This document shows, in pieces, positions 9,041 to 20,000 of a stretch of DNA of 20,000 nucleotides. A model generated the notes under the pieces. It did no database searches. It saw only the letters and a list, made by a program, of their open reading frames with translations, and was not told the origin of the DNA. This DNA is from Ancylonema sp. (lineage: Eukaryota): the NCBI GenBank assembly GCA_050230475.1, contig JBFLGF010000143.1, positions 44,697 through 64,696 of the forward strand. The letters run 5' to 3'. The position numbers and the translations under genes were made by a program. The stretch's first letter is position 1; each line of letters begins with the position of its first letter.

Positions 9041-10483
9041 TTAGTGCTGGCTCCACTGAATGCTGTTGATGTCAATGCCCTCTTGTACCATCTCCCACAA
9101 AGGACTCAGTTCTCGTAGCTTATTCACCTGATTGACAGTAAGCTCCACAGCCCTATCAACTTCCTCTGCTGTAGTAAATCTGCCAATTCCAAATCGAATG
9201 GAAGTGTGTGCCATATCCTCTTCTACCCCTAGTGCCCTAAGAACGTACGAAGGCTCCAGACTTGCACTTGTGCAGGCACTGCCGCTGGACACAGCCACCT
9301 CCTTCAGCCCCATCAGAAGAGACTCGCCCTCAACAAATGCGAATGACAAGTTTACATTTCCAGCATACCGGTGCTCCTCCTTACTACCATTCAGAATTAC
9401 TCCATCCAGCTTCGAGGTAATACCGTCACACAACCGTTTCTGCAGCTTGGCAGCATGCTCCATATCATCCGGTAACTCCCTCTCAGCTATCTCACACGCT
9501 GCCCCGAAACCAACGGCTAACGGAGTTGGAACAGTGTCCCGCTTCTCAGTCCCCTCTCCTGACCGCCCCCACTCATCTGAGGCTCAATTCTCACCCTGGG
9601 TCTCCTGCGAACGTAAAGTGCACCCACGCCTTTGGGACCGTAGATCTTATGTGCACTGATGGACATGAGATCTATTTTCATGTCCTCCACGTCCACAGGT
9701 ATCTTCCCAACTGCCTGTGCAGCATCGGTGTGGAAAAATATCTTGCGTTGCCTACACAGCTCTGCAATTTCCTTTACTGGCTGCACCACGCCGATCTCGT
9801 TGTTAACGAGCATGATAGACACCAGCACAGTGTCTTCCCTCAGCTGCCTGCAGCTCCTCTAAATCCACCAGTCCGTCTTGCTTCACGGGAAGGTAAGTAA
9901 CATCGAACCCTTCTTGCTGCAGGTAGCGGCATGAGTCCAAAACGCACTTGTGTTCCGTCTGAGTTGTGATAATATGTCTTTTCTTCTCCTTGTAGAAATG
10001 AGCAACGCCTTTCAGCGATATATTGTTCGACTCTGTAGCCCCAGATGTGAAAATGATCTCCTTAGGATTGGCATTAATTAAAGAGGCAACCTGGGCACGT
10101 GCTTTCTCAACCGCATCCTCACTCTCCCACCCATACATATGCGTGCGAGAGTGAGGATTCCCATACAGATCTATATAGTAAGGCACCATCGAATCCCGAA
10201 CTCTGGGGTCCACTGGAGCTGTCGCCTGCATGTCTAGATACAACGGTCTTCCTGGCATGACCACGCCTTTCATGACCACACTAGCCTCTGGAGGCGTAGG
10301 AGCTTCCGCTGTAGCAGCGGCAGAGCTGTAACCTCGAACAGCACCGTGGGATTCAGCAGCATGGTGTGGTATGCTCCTGTGATCTCTTGTGCAACAACGT
10401 GGCTGTATTTGACTGAAGCTACAAAGTTTCGTCACAGTCTTCTTCCTGATAATATAGCCCAAAGCTTTGGAAATTGAGGCCAT
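9041..10483 (-). CDS. NFS1: Mitochondrial cysteine desulfurase (IscS/NFS1 type), about 480 aa, no coding introns, interrupted by two frameshifts in this sequence
   Basis: ATG at 10483 ([15 protein letters not shown]..., presequence-like). Motifs: [42 protein letters not shown]-lysine [10 protein letters not shown], catalytic [17 protein letters not shown], end IQWSQH* (TAA 9043-9041). The frame changes at about 9841 and returns at about 9536. Confidence 0.95.
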
Positions 10484-11393
10484 TTTCTGCAAAACGAGGA
10501 TGCCAGAATTATACAGACTACAGAGAAGCAGCTTCAGCAACAATAGTTCGTGGGGACGGTACTTGTAACCGACTGTCTGTGCGGCTCGGGAGATTTTACT
10601 ACTTTGATACAAGGTTCTCTATTCGAAGTTTCTGTCTTGCTGACATAAAATCACCTCATTAAAAATGAACAGGTCGCTTGCGTGTACGAATTTATACGGA
10701 CGTGCGTACGTATTTGCGTGCATTGATGCATGCACTCGTGCCGCAGGTGGGCGTGTGGATCCGTGTGGATCCGTGTGGATCCGTGGTCGCTGCTGCAGCA
10801 ATGCTGCAGAACAAAGTTGTGTCAACCGAAACCCGGACAAAGTTTGCTTCGGTTATCTACCAAGTCATGGATGACGTGAAAGAATGTTCCGCGATTTCAC
10901 ACGTGTACCATTTCGTTTCACACGTACGATGGACCCCGGTCAATCTCGAATCCGTCCTGGATGATACTTCTAACCGTGTGCGCGTGCGAAATATTGGTGA
11001 CTGTAATTGTGGTAACCGCTTATGCTTCTTTTATTGAGGACGTCATCGAAGCTTTTATGGCGTCATTGGGAAAAGAAGGGGGTTCCACGTCTGACGTCAT
11101 TTCCTTCCAATGCTAGCGATGCTAGCGATGCTGGTCTGACTGCACCTCCAACCCCATTCTATGCACAAGCTTGGCGTGTCTTAGCAGCGAAGTGGCATAG
11201 TCGTCCTTGTCTGCTCTCCGGTAGCGTGCTGAAACTCTGCAACCCTGTGATAAAAAATTTTGAAGCTTTGTAGTCCCTGTTCACGAAGAAATGTGCGTTA
11301 CATCATTTCTACCAATTCAGAGGAGGGAAATTATCTAAGGTGTGCTGATCGCTGACACAAGTGCGTTCGAGCCACTGTCGCGGGAAGTAGCTC
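10484..11393. promoter_or_regulatory. Divergent (probably bidirectional) promoter and 5' UTR region between NFS1 and PAM18
   Basis: 910 bp separate the two head-to-head ATGs. It contains TGACGTCA (11092-11099), GACGTCA (11039-11045), CACGTG (10899-10904) and three copies of cgtgtggatc (10752-10781). Function is inferred from position only. Confidence 0.5.
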
Positions 11394-13058
11394 ATGGTAA
11401 GCTCATGGCTTTTCCAGCTAGTGTGCAGTAGGAGACGCGCACACGGGAGGCACTATGCTATTTTATATGATTAACGCAGATATACTGCTGACCTCTTCGT
11501 AGGTTGGAATATTCCAGATCGCTATCTTTTTTATGTGTTCGACCCAGGAGACAGAAGCGATTCTGCTTAGTGTCTTCTACGGGGTGATCATATCAGAATA
11601 TAAAGGCAGCTTACCCTCGCTCTCTTGAAACAGCTTATTTTAGCTGACTTCCGTATCTGAGTTGGTGTGTTACTATTGCAATGGAAAAGTTGCATGATTC
11701 TATTACATCGTGAAACTTTGGTTTAAGTCGGAATTTGAGAGGTGAATGCAGATGCACCCAGCTTCTTCCACATGTAACTGATGCCTGGTCCAAACCCCTG
11801 TCCATGCAATTCCATTCTATCTATTGTTATTCATCCCGTGTTTGGATTTCTAGTAAAACGTTAACTCGTTCTGCTTTGTATAGAGAGAACGAGGGCCTTT
11901 GGTTTTCTCAAATCCCGGTAGTCGGCGCACACCTTCTTCTCCTTTCTCCTTTCTAATGATTTATCACCAATTCAAATTTGTGCTCTGCTCGCGTTCCATC
12001 CCCCAGGCCACCCCCCTCGTGGCTGGCGTGGCGGTCGCGGCATCTGCTCTCGCTGCCAAATACGGCATTGAAGCTTATCAGGCGTGGCGGTTGCGGCCAG
12101 TAGCAGCTCGGGCTCGGCGCTTTTACGAGGGAGGCTTTCAACCAGCGATGACGAAGCGAGAAGCAGCATTGATTTTGGGGATCAGGTGAGAGCAGCAGCA
12201 CACTAAAGTAATCAGACTCCAACAGATCATCGACACCTGTTCTGAAGTTAATAATTGCATCCTGAAAACAACTCGAAGTGTACGATACTATCGTTGCCAC
12301 CTTGAGTAGTGATGACATATGCAGCCCTGCAGGGGAGTTTTGATGGTCATCAGACAATAGCATGTGAAGCACTGCACCTTGCTGAAGTGCCTTTGCCGCC
12401 TTTTCTCACATTTTATTTCAATCATACACTCCTCCTATTACATGATGCTGTCCCACACCTAATTGAAGCACCAGATGTGGCGACTATAGGCTTATGATTA
12501 GATCCGAGGACCGTGTCACAGATTCACCCACCCTCACCTATAACACTGTCAAGGAGGTACATGTTTTGTCGTGGAAGGCTATGTGCACTCAGGTAGACAT
12601 GTGCAAGCTCAGGCTGTGAGTGGTATTCATAAGTTTTCTGACAGGGTGGGACGGACAGAATTGAGGATGCCCGAAAACCAAAAAATAAATGAATCGAAAA
12701 TTATTGTTTGTAACGCCCACACATGAGTTTCCATCTTCTACGCCCCCCTGAGTGCATGACAAGTTTTAGATTTTCTTACAAGAGGTAAACTTGGGTTGGA
12801 GTTGTTGATAGACTCGAGAAATGAGCACCGCAAGGTACGGACAGGGGCCACATGCCCTAACGTTGACCACGAATGTGATGTGATCTAATTATCATTTGTA
12901 GGGAGAGTGTGGCCATGGATAAGGTTAGAGAAGCGCATCGGAGAGTGATGATTGCGAATCATCCAGATGCGGGAGGAAGTGACTACTTAGCGTCGAAGAT
13001 AAACGAAGCGAAGGATCATCTCATGGGGAATGTGAAAGGGAATCATTCCGCATTTTAG
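11394..13058 (+). CDS. PAM18: Mitochondrial import motor J-protein PAM18/TIM14 (112 aa, 3 coding exons)
   Basis: Exons 11394-11396 (ATG|gtaagc), 12007-12185 and 12902-13058 (339 nt). [21 protein letters not shown]...[64 protein letters not shown]...SAF*; the J-domain HPD motif is intact. The ATG-only first exon is the least certain part. Confidence 0.95.
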
Positions 13059-13619
13059 TATGATATTATTTCTCTCTCCCTTTTTCTCGTGTTGTATACA
13101 CTCATGCTAGCTGGTAGTGATGGTGTTTCAGGTTCGGAAATCTGTACATAGGTCTTTTGTAGATGATGCAACTTTGGTTTAGATGCGGAAAAATAATATT
13201 TCCTGCCCATTATTTTTTGTTCATCTTCATGGACAAGCCTCTCTCTCTCTCTCGACAGCAACACTACTGGCTTATGCACAAGCAATGGAGTCGGTGGTGA
13301 GGACCTAGTGGTGACCACCACTTATAAAGTTCTGATTGGCATCATTCCTATTATAGAGCGTTGACGAATGAAGCAAATTTGCATTATCGAATATGGTGAG
13401 GTCAAAAGAGTTGATGGCAGTATCGTAAAGTATCGTACTGTACATGGTCTAGTATCTTACTCTACATGCGTACGCACACATTGTACTGCGTGGGGTTCAT
13501 AGTGTTACATTGAGTGATTGTGCATTGTGGTACTTCGGTCACTATGGCTTTACATCTCAACCTTAATAATCATACAAAGGTGCCTAAAACACGAGCGTAC
13601 ACTAAAATGACTTAAGTCT

Positions 13620-16414
13620 TCATTGTAGGGATTGGAATAACTTATCAGCTTTCAAGCGCCAAACGTCCCATATGGGCTCATCGAACAGTACAAAATGAAT
13701 CTACAAACACAAAGCAGGGAGGAGGGTGAGTTGTGAAAGGGAAATCTGAAAAGGGCAAGCCAAAAACTAAAAGCCAGAAAAACATGCATGATGTCAATGG
13801 CGAGGCCGACATAGCATTACCACCATCCGCCATCTCATTCGATGCATCCCTAGACGAGAGGTTGGAGGGAGGCAGTCGTACCTCGTTCAGGTTTCCTCCG
13901 TATATATGCGCCATAGTAAGTGCTACAAAAGCAGCATCATCAAAGGGGTACCTGCGACAAAGCGACATACTTCGCTTTATGCAACCTACATTAAGGGAGG
14001 TCAAACATTGATTGAAGGGAAGGATGTGAGCCAATCACTGCCCAGCATTGCATTGCAGTGATGTGTACACTCAAAAATGATAGTTTGACTAAAATGGAAA
14101 GGGGGCACTGCTAGTGTGACTTGTAGTGACTTCATGGATGGCCCCAAATGTTATATTTTGGAGCGTGAAGGCGCTCTCATCTCACCCATAGATGCCGCAA
14201 GAGAGGGCGGGAAAGCAGACATACTTCAGCTTGTTTGCATTGGCAAGGTCCAGACAACTCCTGCAGCATACAAACAGGAGTGACCCAATGACTTTCCACA
14301 ATATTTTAAAAGGCTTAGAATCAGAGTAAGCATTTTGGGTGACTGGATCTGGGGAGGCGGGCGGGCGCACCTGTAAGCTGCGGCCAAGAGTGGGGCAGGA
14401 TGTGGGTATTGGGTGTAGATGGGACCCACGGTATGGATGACATGGGCTGCCGGGAGAAGGAACCCCCTGACAGAAAAGGGAAAAAGAAAAAGGATTTCCT
14501 CAGAAAAGCCGCAACGTCACCGGTCACATCCCCAACCAGAACGAGGGCTATGTGAGAAGCAGCATGTCCCTAAGGTTGTGTGAACAGGCACTACTCCGCC
14601 TCAGTACTGTGGTTTTTTCCAGATGCGCAGCTAGAATAGCGACCACCTTCCTCACCGTACCTTTCTTCATTAAGCTTCATTGCCATTGCATCCAGTCCAT
14701 CTCCAACACAATTTGATAGATTAGCAAATTTGCTAATTTGCTGAACCTCCTAGACAGCTGTCATCTTGCCCCGGAGGGTAGCGATGTATACCCGGTGATG
14801 CGGGCCTCCCCAGTCGGACATCGCACGCCTTTTCCGACTTGCGGCTCTTTTCGGCAAGCCTCCAGGAGTCCCCTGCCAGCTGCTCTATGGATGGCTGGCC
14901 TGCAACGAACGCAGAGGCTCTCAACACACAAGAAGGTCGTGACTTTGACCTCACGCCCTTTCGGCCGTACGTGGCATGCACTTTGGTTGCAATGACGATG
15001 TGATTGTATTGTGTACAGGACTTGAAATTTCGGAACATGGAAAAAATGATGTGATTCGACTCCACACAGGCCCTGCGAAATTGGAATGCAACAGAAATTC
15101 AGACATGATTTTTAGCAAACTTTGAGCATTTCATCCCACACTCTCAAGCAGGAGGTGAGCAAGAAGGTTAGAGGTATACCTCCATCCACACCACCTCCTC
15201 CAAGCATTGCTTCATTGGCTGCATTCACCTGAATGCAGCACAAAGCTATGTCTCTTCACATCCTTCTTCAGCAGCACATTCTTACATAAAGACAGGATGG
15301 GTGCACTACCAAACGACAGAGACGAGGAGACATGGAGGCATGGCGGGTTCATTATGTCCACAAATTTTACTGCCACAGCGGTCAAAGATAGAGACATTCA
15401 CAGGTAGGTTGCAGGGGGTGTGGACAAAAATATGGAGGCTCCGGAACACGACCATGCCCAATTCAAGTCTTGGAGGTGAGCTCAGTTGCTCGGTTGCTGA
15501 GCTCACAATTGCGTCAGAATGGCCATCGATGGACCAAGTGGTAATGTCTCCCTTCGAGAGAATGAGCACACAGTCCCCTCGTAGCCTGTATCGTCCGACA
15601 AAGGGGTCAACAACCCTCGTACGCTTCACACTTTGCAGACCCTCCTCATGCCCCGAATCTGCAGCCGTTGCTCTTCGTCAACATGCTAATTTGCATCCAA
15701 GCTTCTGTGAGACATCTCGATTGCAGATAGAAAGATGCGATTCCATCACCCATGTGGTCGTAACATACCACACATCATCCATGCGAAACAATCCTTGCAG
15801 GAAGGGTATCGCCACAATTCACAAGAGCTGGGCACGTGCGTATCGAGGAACCAAGTGCGCGAGAAGGCGATATGGGCACTTCAGGATGGCCCTGTATGCC
15901 ATCTTGCTACGTGAGCAAAGGCGGACTGTGATTTTTGGCACGGTCAACATACCCCTGCCTGATACGAGGGGACAGCTGTTACACTCACCACTTTCTGGTG
16001 GGCCTATCTGTTCAGGAAATTCTTCGGCAATCTCCGTAACCAGATTGTCGTCGGCAATTGCTGTGATGAAACGGAAAGTAATGGATAATTATTCTCTCTT
16101 GATTATCTCTCCGTCATAAATGTTATCTCTGATTTCTGTGATGATCCACTCGCAGCGATTTTAAGCATTGCAATACACAGGCGCAGAAAGCGCTTACCAC
16201 AGTCTTCCACCGGTTCCCATGTCTCCTGATCCATTTTCGTTGCAGAGGCTTCACGCATTCTTAATGGTTTTCGGAGGCTGAAAACCGGAGATACGGAGGC
16301 AGCCCAGTAACCTAGCCCCATTAAAGAGCCCGGCACAATACGCGCTCTGATACTACAACGAGGCGGATTCCCTCGTAACAGATATGTAGTTGATGCCTTC
16401 GACACCGATAACAT
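13620..16414 (-). CDS. Macro-domain protein (MacroD/YmdB-like ADP-ribose or O-acetyl-ADP-ribose hydrolase) with probable organellar transit peptide, about 280 aa, 8 exons
   Basis: Exons 16414-16198, 15658-15507, 15228-15180, 14894-14792, 14466-14371, 14260-14186, 13951-13882, 13700-13620, GT-AG and phase-consistent (843 nt). Motifs: [76 protein letters not shown]. Exon 1 and the exon 2 acceptor are less certain. Confidence 0.9.
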
Positions 16415-16539
16415 GCGGAGATATGGCGCTAATATGCCTTCTTGCTTGCTGGCAATTAGGGGAGCAGTAAACACTGCTAAGTGTGCACATGGCAGGAAAT
16501 GTTACTAAGGCCCTAGGAACTAGTCCAGTAAGTCCGAAT

Positions 16540-16982
16540 ATGTTTTATCGGCGAGCACTTCGAGTATCACTTTGACGCGAGACCCGCAGGTTAACCTCGC
16601 GAAGTGCAGAGTATCACTTCGAGGCGATAAGGCGTATATAATAAAATTGATACCCAATCATAGTCCGTATCACAGCAAGTTTTTTCAGGAGTATCACTCC
16701 GAAGGATCGTCTGCGCGCGAAAAAGACACGTCACGTCACACTCCCTTCGAAAATTGCAGCGACGTCTACACGCGACAAAAATGAAGCAGAAGGCTCCACG
16801 CCGACAGCAACGAGTGTCACAATTGTGAAACGAGTATCACTTTGTGATACCCAAATCAGAGTTGTGATACGGCGCTCAGAGCGTATCACTTCGCGAAATC
16901 TAAAACGCCACGATGTGATACCCCGTAAAACTTGAAGGGATACTCAAAATCAGGCGCATCGAAGTGCTCGCCGATAAAACAT
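16540..16982. mobile_element. MITE-like non-autonomous DNA transposon (about 443 bp, 24-bp perfect terminal inverted repeats)
   Basis: atgttttatcggcgagcacttcga (16540-16563) is the exact reverse complement of tcgaagtgctcgccgataaaacat (16959-16982). The interior has no credible ORF and 9 exact GTATCAC/GTGATAC motifs. No clean TSD. Confidence 0.75.
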
Positions 16983-18409
16983 GCTCTTAAGAGTTTGGTA
17001 CTCAATAATGAGTAGCGTTGTCCACCCCCTGATCATCAACCCGTACGATTGACGCCGTCAAAATCTCCCGAGAACCGAAAGTTGGGAGCGGTTACGCAGA
17101 GCGGGGCATGTACGGTTGCACCTGCTTCAGTGCAGTTCGGAGAACCGGTTCGGTGATTTCCACCTCCATTCCATTTCCATCGCCTACTGCGACTCGAAAC
17201 ATAACTGTGCCGGCGCAGGTGTTTATTACGGATTGTGCCCGGCGATCAGGTGGCGGCGCTAGGATGTGTTGATGTTGATGGATAATGGGATATTTGTGTG
17301 TAGGGAAACCGTGCTACGAATCAGCAGCAGTGACGCTCCGGCAGAGTTAGAAAAACTTGAACCAGTTGCATCTGTCGTGCCGTTAAGCATCGTGCCCCAT
17401 TCACACGTGTAATCCATTCGATATAACGAACATTGTTATAATGAGTATGAATCCCGTGCGAATTATGTGTCGTCCCATCACATGGATTGTTCACATATGG
17501 AAGCATGACCTAGTCGAGGTCCGCCACACACACGTGCGCGCCAATAAATAACATTGTACAAGCGTCGCGCAAGTCTACCACATGTCAAATATTATTTTCT
17601 AGTCTACCTATGGCAAGGCGTTGCCGTTGGTCTGAACGTAGAGTGTTCGAAACTTATGAAAGGTGTGAGATTGCAATGCACGATCAAACGAGATCTGAAA
17701 TGAATTCTCACACAATTGCAAGGAGTATTGGTAACAAGATAGTATATTTAATGGAAGATGGTATTGAATTACATAGCGGTTCCCGAGGAGTGATAAGACC
17801 GATTAAAGGTCTGATCACTCATGTTACAAAATTTATAGAACTCAGCCTAGCACACTGCGCTAGTTACAAGGAAGCTACCATTCCTGCTGTATCGACTTAC
17901 AGTGCCGGCTCGGCGGTTCTCGCTAGCCGACTTACTAGTTTATCCAATCATAAACTAGCACACTAGGACAAATGGTGCATCATGCTACACTCGAGCAGAT
18001 GTTAAACTAAGATATGGTAGTAGTGTCGTATGCACAGTGCTACTGACCAGGATCCGCATAAGTCACAAAATGCCCCTCCACGCCTTGTCGCCTTCCCGCA
18101 ACTTAGATGCTAACTTACGGCGCCTTTAACGCGGTGCGAAGAGTGCTAGTCGCTGACGGAGGAACTTGTACGCTGAGCAGACAGTGGCCTGATAACGCAG
18201 CTGTCAGTACAGTCCGTCCTTGGTGCCGCCAAATGTGCCGTAGGTGGCGGAGCAATTATATCGTTCGGTCTAACTAAGGCCTTAGATCCCTTCACTAATG
18301 ACAAATCCGTCCAAGGGACACGTGTCACTTCGAACATTTCGATAAATAACCACGCGCATACGTATTCCGAATTTTAAATATAGTCGGGAATATCCGTACC
18401 CGTGTTACC

Positions 18410-18622
18410 TCACCGAATAAGCACATTCGCCATACAAGCACTTCCACCTAATAAGCGTTTGTCAGCGTTATAAGTAGCACGGAGCATATAGGCACACTTC
18501 ACCGTTTAGGCGTATTCACTCTATAGGTACTCTCACCGTATAGGCACACTTCTAGTAAAGGCATTCTCACTCTATAGGCGCTTCTTACCGTATAAGCGTT
18601 AATCCTCGTTATAAAGGCACAC
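18410..18622. repeat. Imperfect tandem array of about 17-bp units (consensus close to ACCGTATAGGCACATTC)
   Basis: Clear units at 18501 accgtttaggcgtattc, 18518 actctataggtactctc, 18535 accgtataggcacacttc, 18553 tagtaaaggcattctc, 18569 actctataggcgcttctt and 18587 accgtataagcgttaatc, with more degenerate copies back to about 18410. Confidence 0.8.
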
Positions 18623-18774
18623 GATCTAATATTGTCCGACACAACCAACTTGCAACCTTGACACACCCTTGCATTAAACTCTGCGACGTTGACGAGACTG
18701 TCGAGCACAAACTCACTACATACCGTGACTAAGTGTTCATATTTTGTGTCACGTACATTCATCCATGTACTACC

Positions 18775-20000
18775 ATGTACAAGCCCAAGAGATTAAAGAT
18801 GTTGTTGATATCTAAAATGGAATGGCATAATGCCTCCTACCTAGAACGATGCAGAAGTCAGTCTCGAATGCGGTACGAAATTACAGGAACTTGTTTTATC
18901 GCATTTCCAAAATGCGGCTACAGTGCTTTTGCTGCTCGCTACAGATCGAAAGATGAGTGTTGCTCTCGGGTAGAACGACCTCTTTGCAAACTTGTCTATC
19001 AAAATGGAAGTAAAATGTCGGAAAAAGAACTTGAGCACGCGGGTTGGGGATACATCCCACTCCGATAGTCTGTTTACCTGGAGAATATGGTCAAAGGGGA
19101 AGTCGGAGATACAAGTCTGTTCCAAGGTTTAAACCTTCTCTACCATGTCTGCCTCAACGATCGAGCAGGTGTCGGGCTTGCATCTTTAAAAAGATCCGAA
19201 CCCAAAGGAGTCGTCTTCAGAGTGTATCTCAGTTTCAACCGGAGGGGAATCGAACGATTCATAATCAACACGGATAAACTACTCTCTCGGTTCATGGTAC
19301 CATTAAGAACATTGACAAATGCCCTCGCCAACTTTGCCTCCTGTATCGAAAAAGAACGCATCGCGACCCTTCACTACACTGTCGATTCGTTCCAGGCGTT
19401 ATCGCATTTGGGTGTTTTTGCGGACGATCAGATTGGGAAGAGGGATTTGGAACACGATAAGGAGAGGGAAACCATGACAACATGCGATAACGATGACCAG
19501 CAACAAATCGTGGGAGAGAAAGAGATGTTGAAAGCGAAGGTGATCCTAAAGGGTCGTGAGTTTGGATCCTGTTATTGTGAAGAATTCCATGAACGGGAGT
19601 TCATGGGATGGTACCGTGACAGGAATGGTCGAAAGGTCAAATTGCGACCAAGTAGCAGCCTACCTAAAGCTCTCGACTCATCGAAAAGGAAGTTTGAGGA
19701 AGAGGAGGAGGTTAACAAGGGATCGCGCAATAGGGAAGGGGATAGAAAATCCAAGAATCATCAAGATTTTGGAGTATACAACCTCGACAAGATCCCTCGT
19801 TTCATGAGTTGGTATAGTGCTGGGGATGGAACCGAAAAATAACGGTACCACACATCCCTTACAAAATCCAAGTTCTATGCAAATAAGAAATTCGGGGAGA
19901 AACATGTCGTTCGTAACTTGCGAGATTTCGGTGCCCTCAAGAACAATAATTATTTTATAGCGTGGTGGTTGTCCCCCATTAGAGAGGTGAAGAAACACTA
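18775..20000 (+). pseudogene. Long uninterrupted-frame ORF relic of unknown family with two in-frame stops, running off the window (possible TE or viral origin)
   Basis: Track ORFs 18733-19068 and 19087-19842 share one frame, separated only by TAG 19066-19068. After TAA 19840-19842 the same frame stays open to the window end (RYHTSLTKSKFYANKKFGEKHVVRNLRDFGALK...). No recognisable motif. Confidence 0.4.

Noticed and set aside
10484..10612. N-terminal extension of NFS1 in the ORF track
   Set aside because: Non-ATG start, and a splice-acceptor-like sequence lies just before ATG 10483; probably UTR or intron.
15301..16119. 272-aa plus-strand ORF
   Set aside because: Antisense to macro-domain exon 2 and its flanking introns, non-ATG start and no recognisable motif.
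17610..17966. 118-aa ORF and other short ORFs in 8000-9000 and 17000-18400
   Set aside because: No motifs, splice structure or codon bias that I can support.
16540..18622. CRISPR-like interpretation of the GTATCAC repeats or the 17-bp array
   Set aside because: No constant repeat with unique, regularly sized spacers, no cas genes, and a eukaryotic context.
18775..20000. Alternative genetic code (TAA/TAG read as Gln) to explain the in-frame stops
   Set aside because: Neighbouring genes end at conserved C-termini with TAA (NFS1) and TAG (PAM18), so the standard code applies.

Overview
Eukaryotic window with GT-AG spliceosomal introns; the proteins and intron positions look green-plant (streptophyte alga or early land plant is my inference). 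I reconstructed these genes by hand: GDP-mannose pyrophosphorylase (VTC1/CYT1-type, +, 619-2411, 361 aa); a 6-exon gene for a bacterial-type 3D-domain (MltA-like, Asp-Asp-Asp) protein (-, 7213-5284, 210 aa); mitochondrial cysteine desulfurase NFS1 (-, 10483-9041), broken by two mutually compensating frameshifts; PAM18/TIM14 (+, 11394-13058, 112 aa), head-to-head with NFS1; and a macro-domain protein (-, 16414-13620, about 280 aa). After these come a MITE-like element, a 17-bp tandem array and a long decayed ORF of unknown family. The most striking structure is a tandem duplication (2519-4328 / 4329-6491) of the 3' part of the 3D-domain gene. The 5'-truncated copy precisely lacks two introns present in the full gene, keeps the last intron and about 0.9 kb of genomic flank, and differs mostly at synonymous sites.
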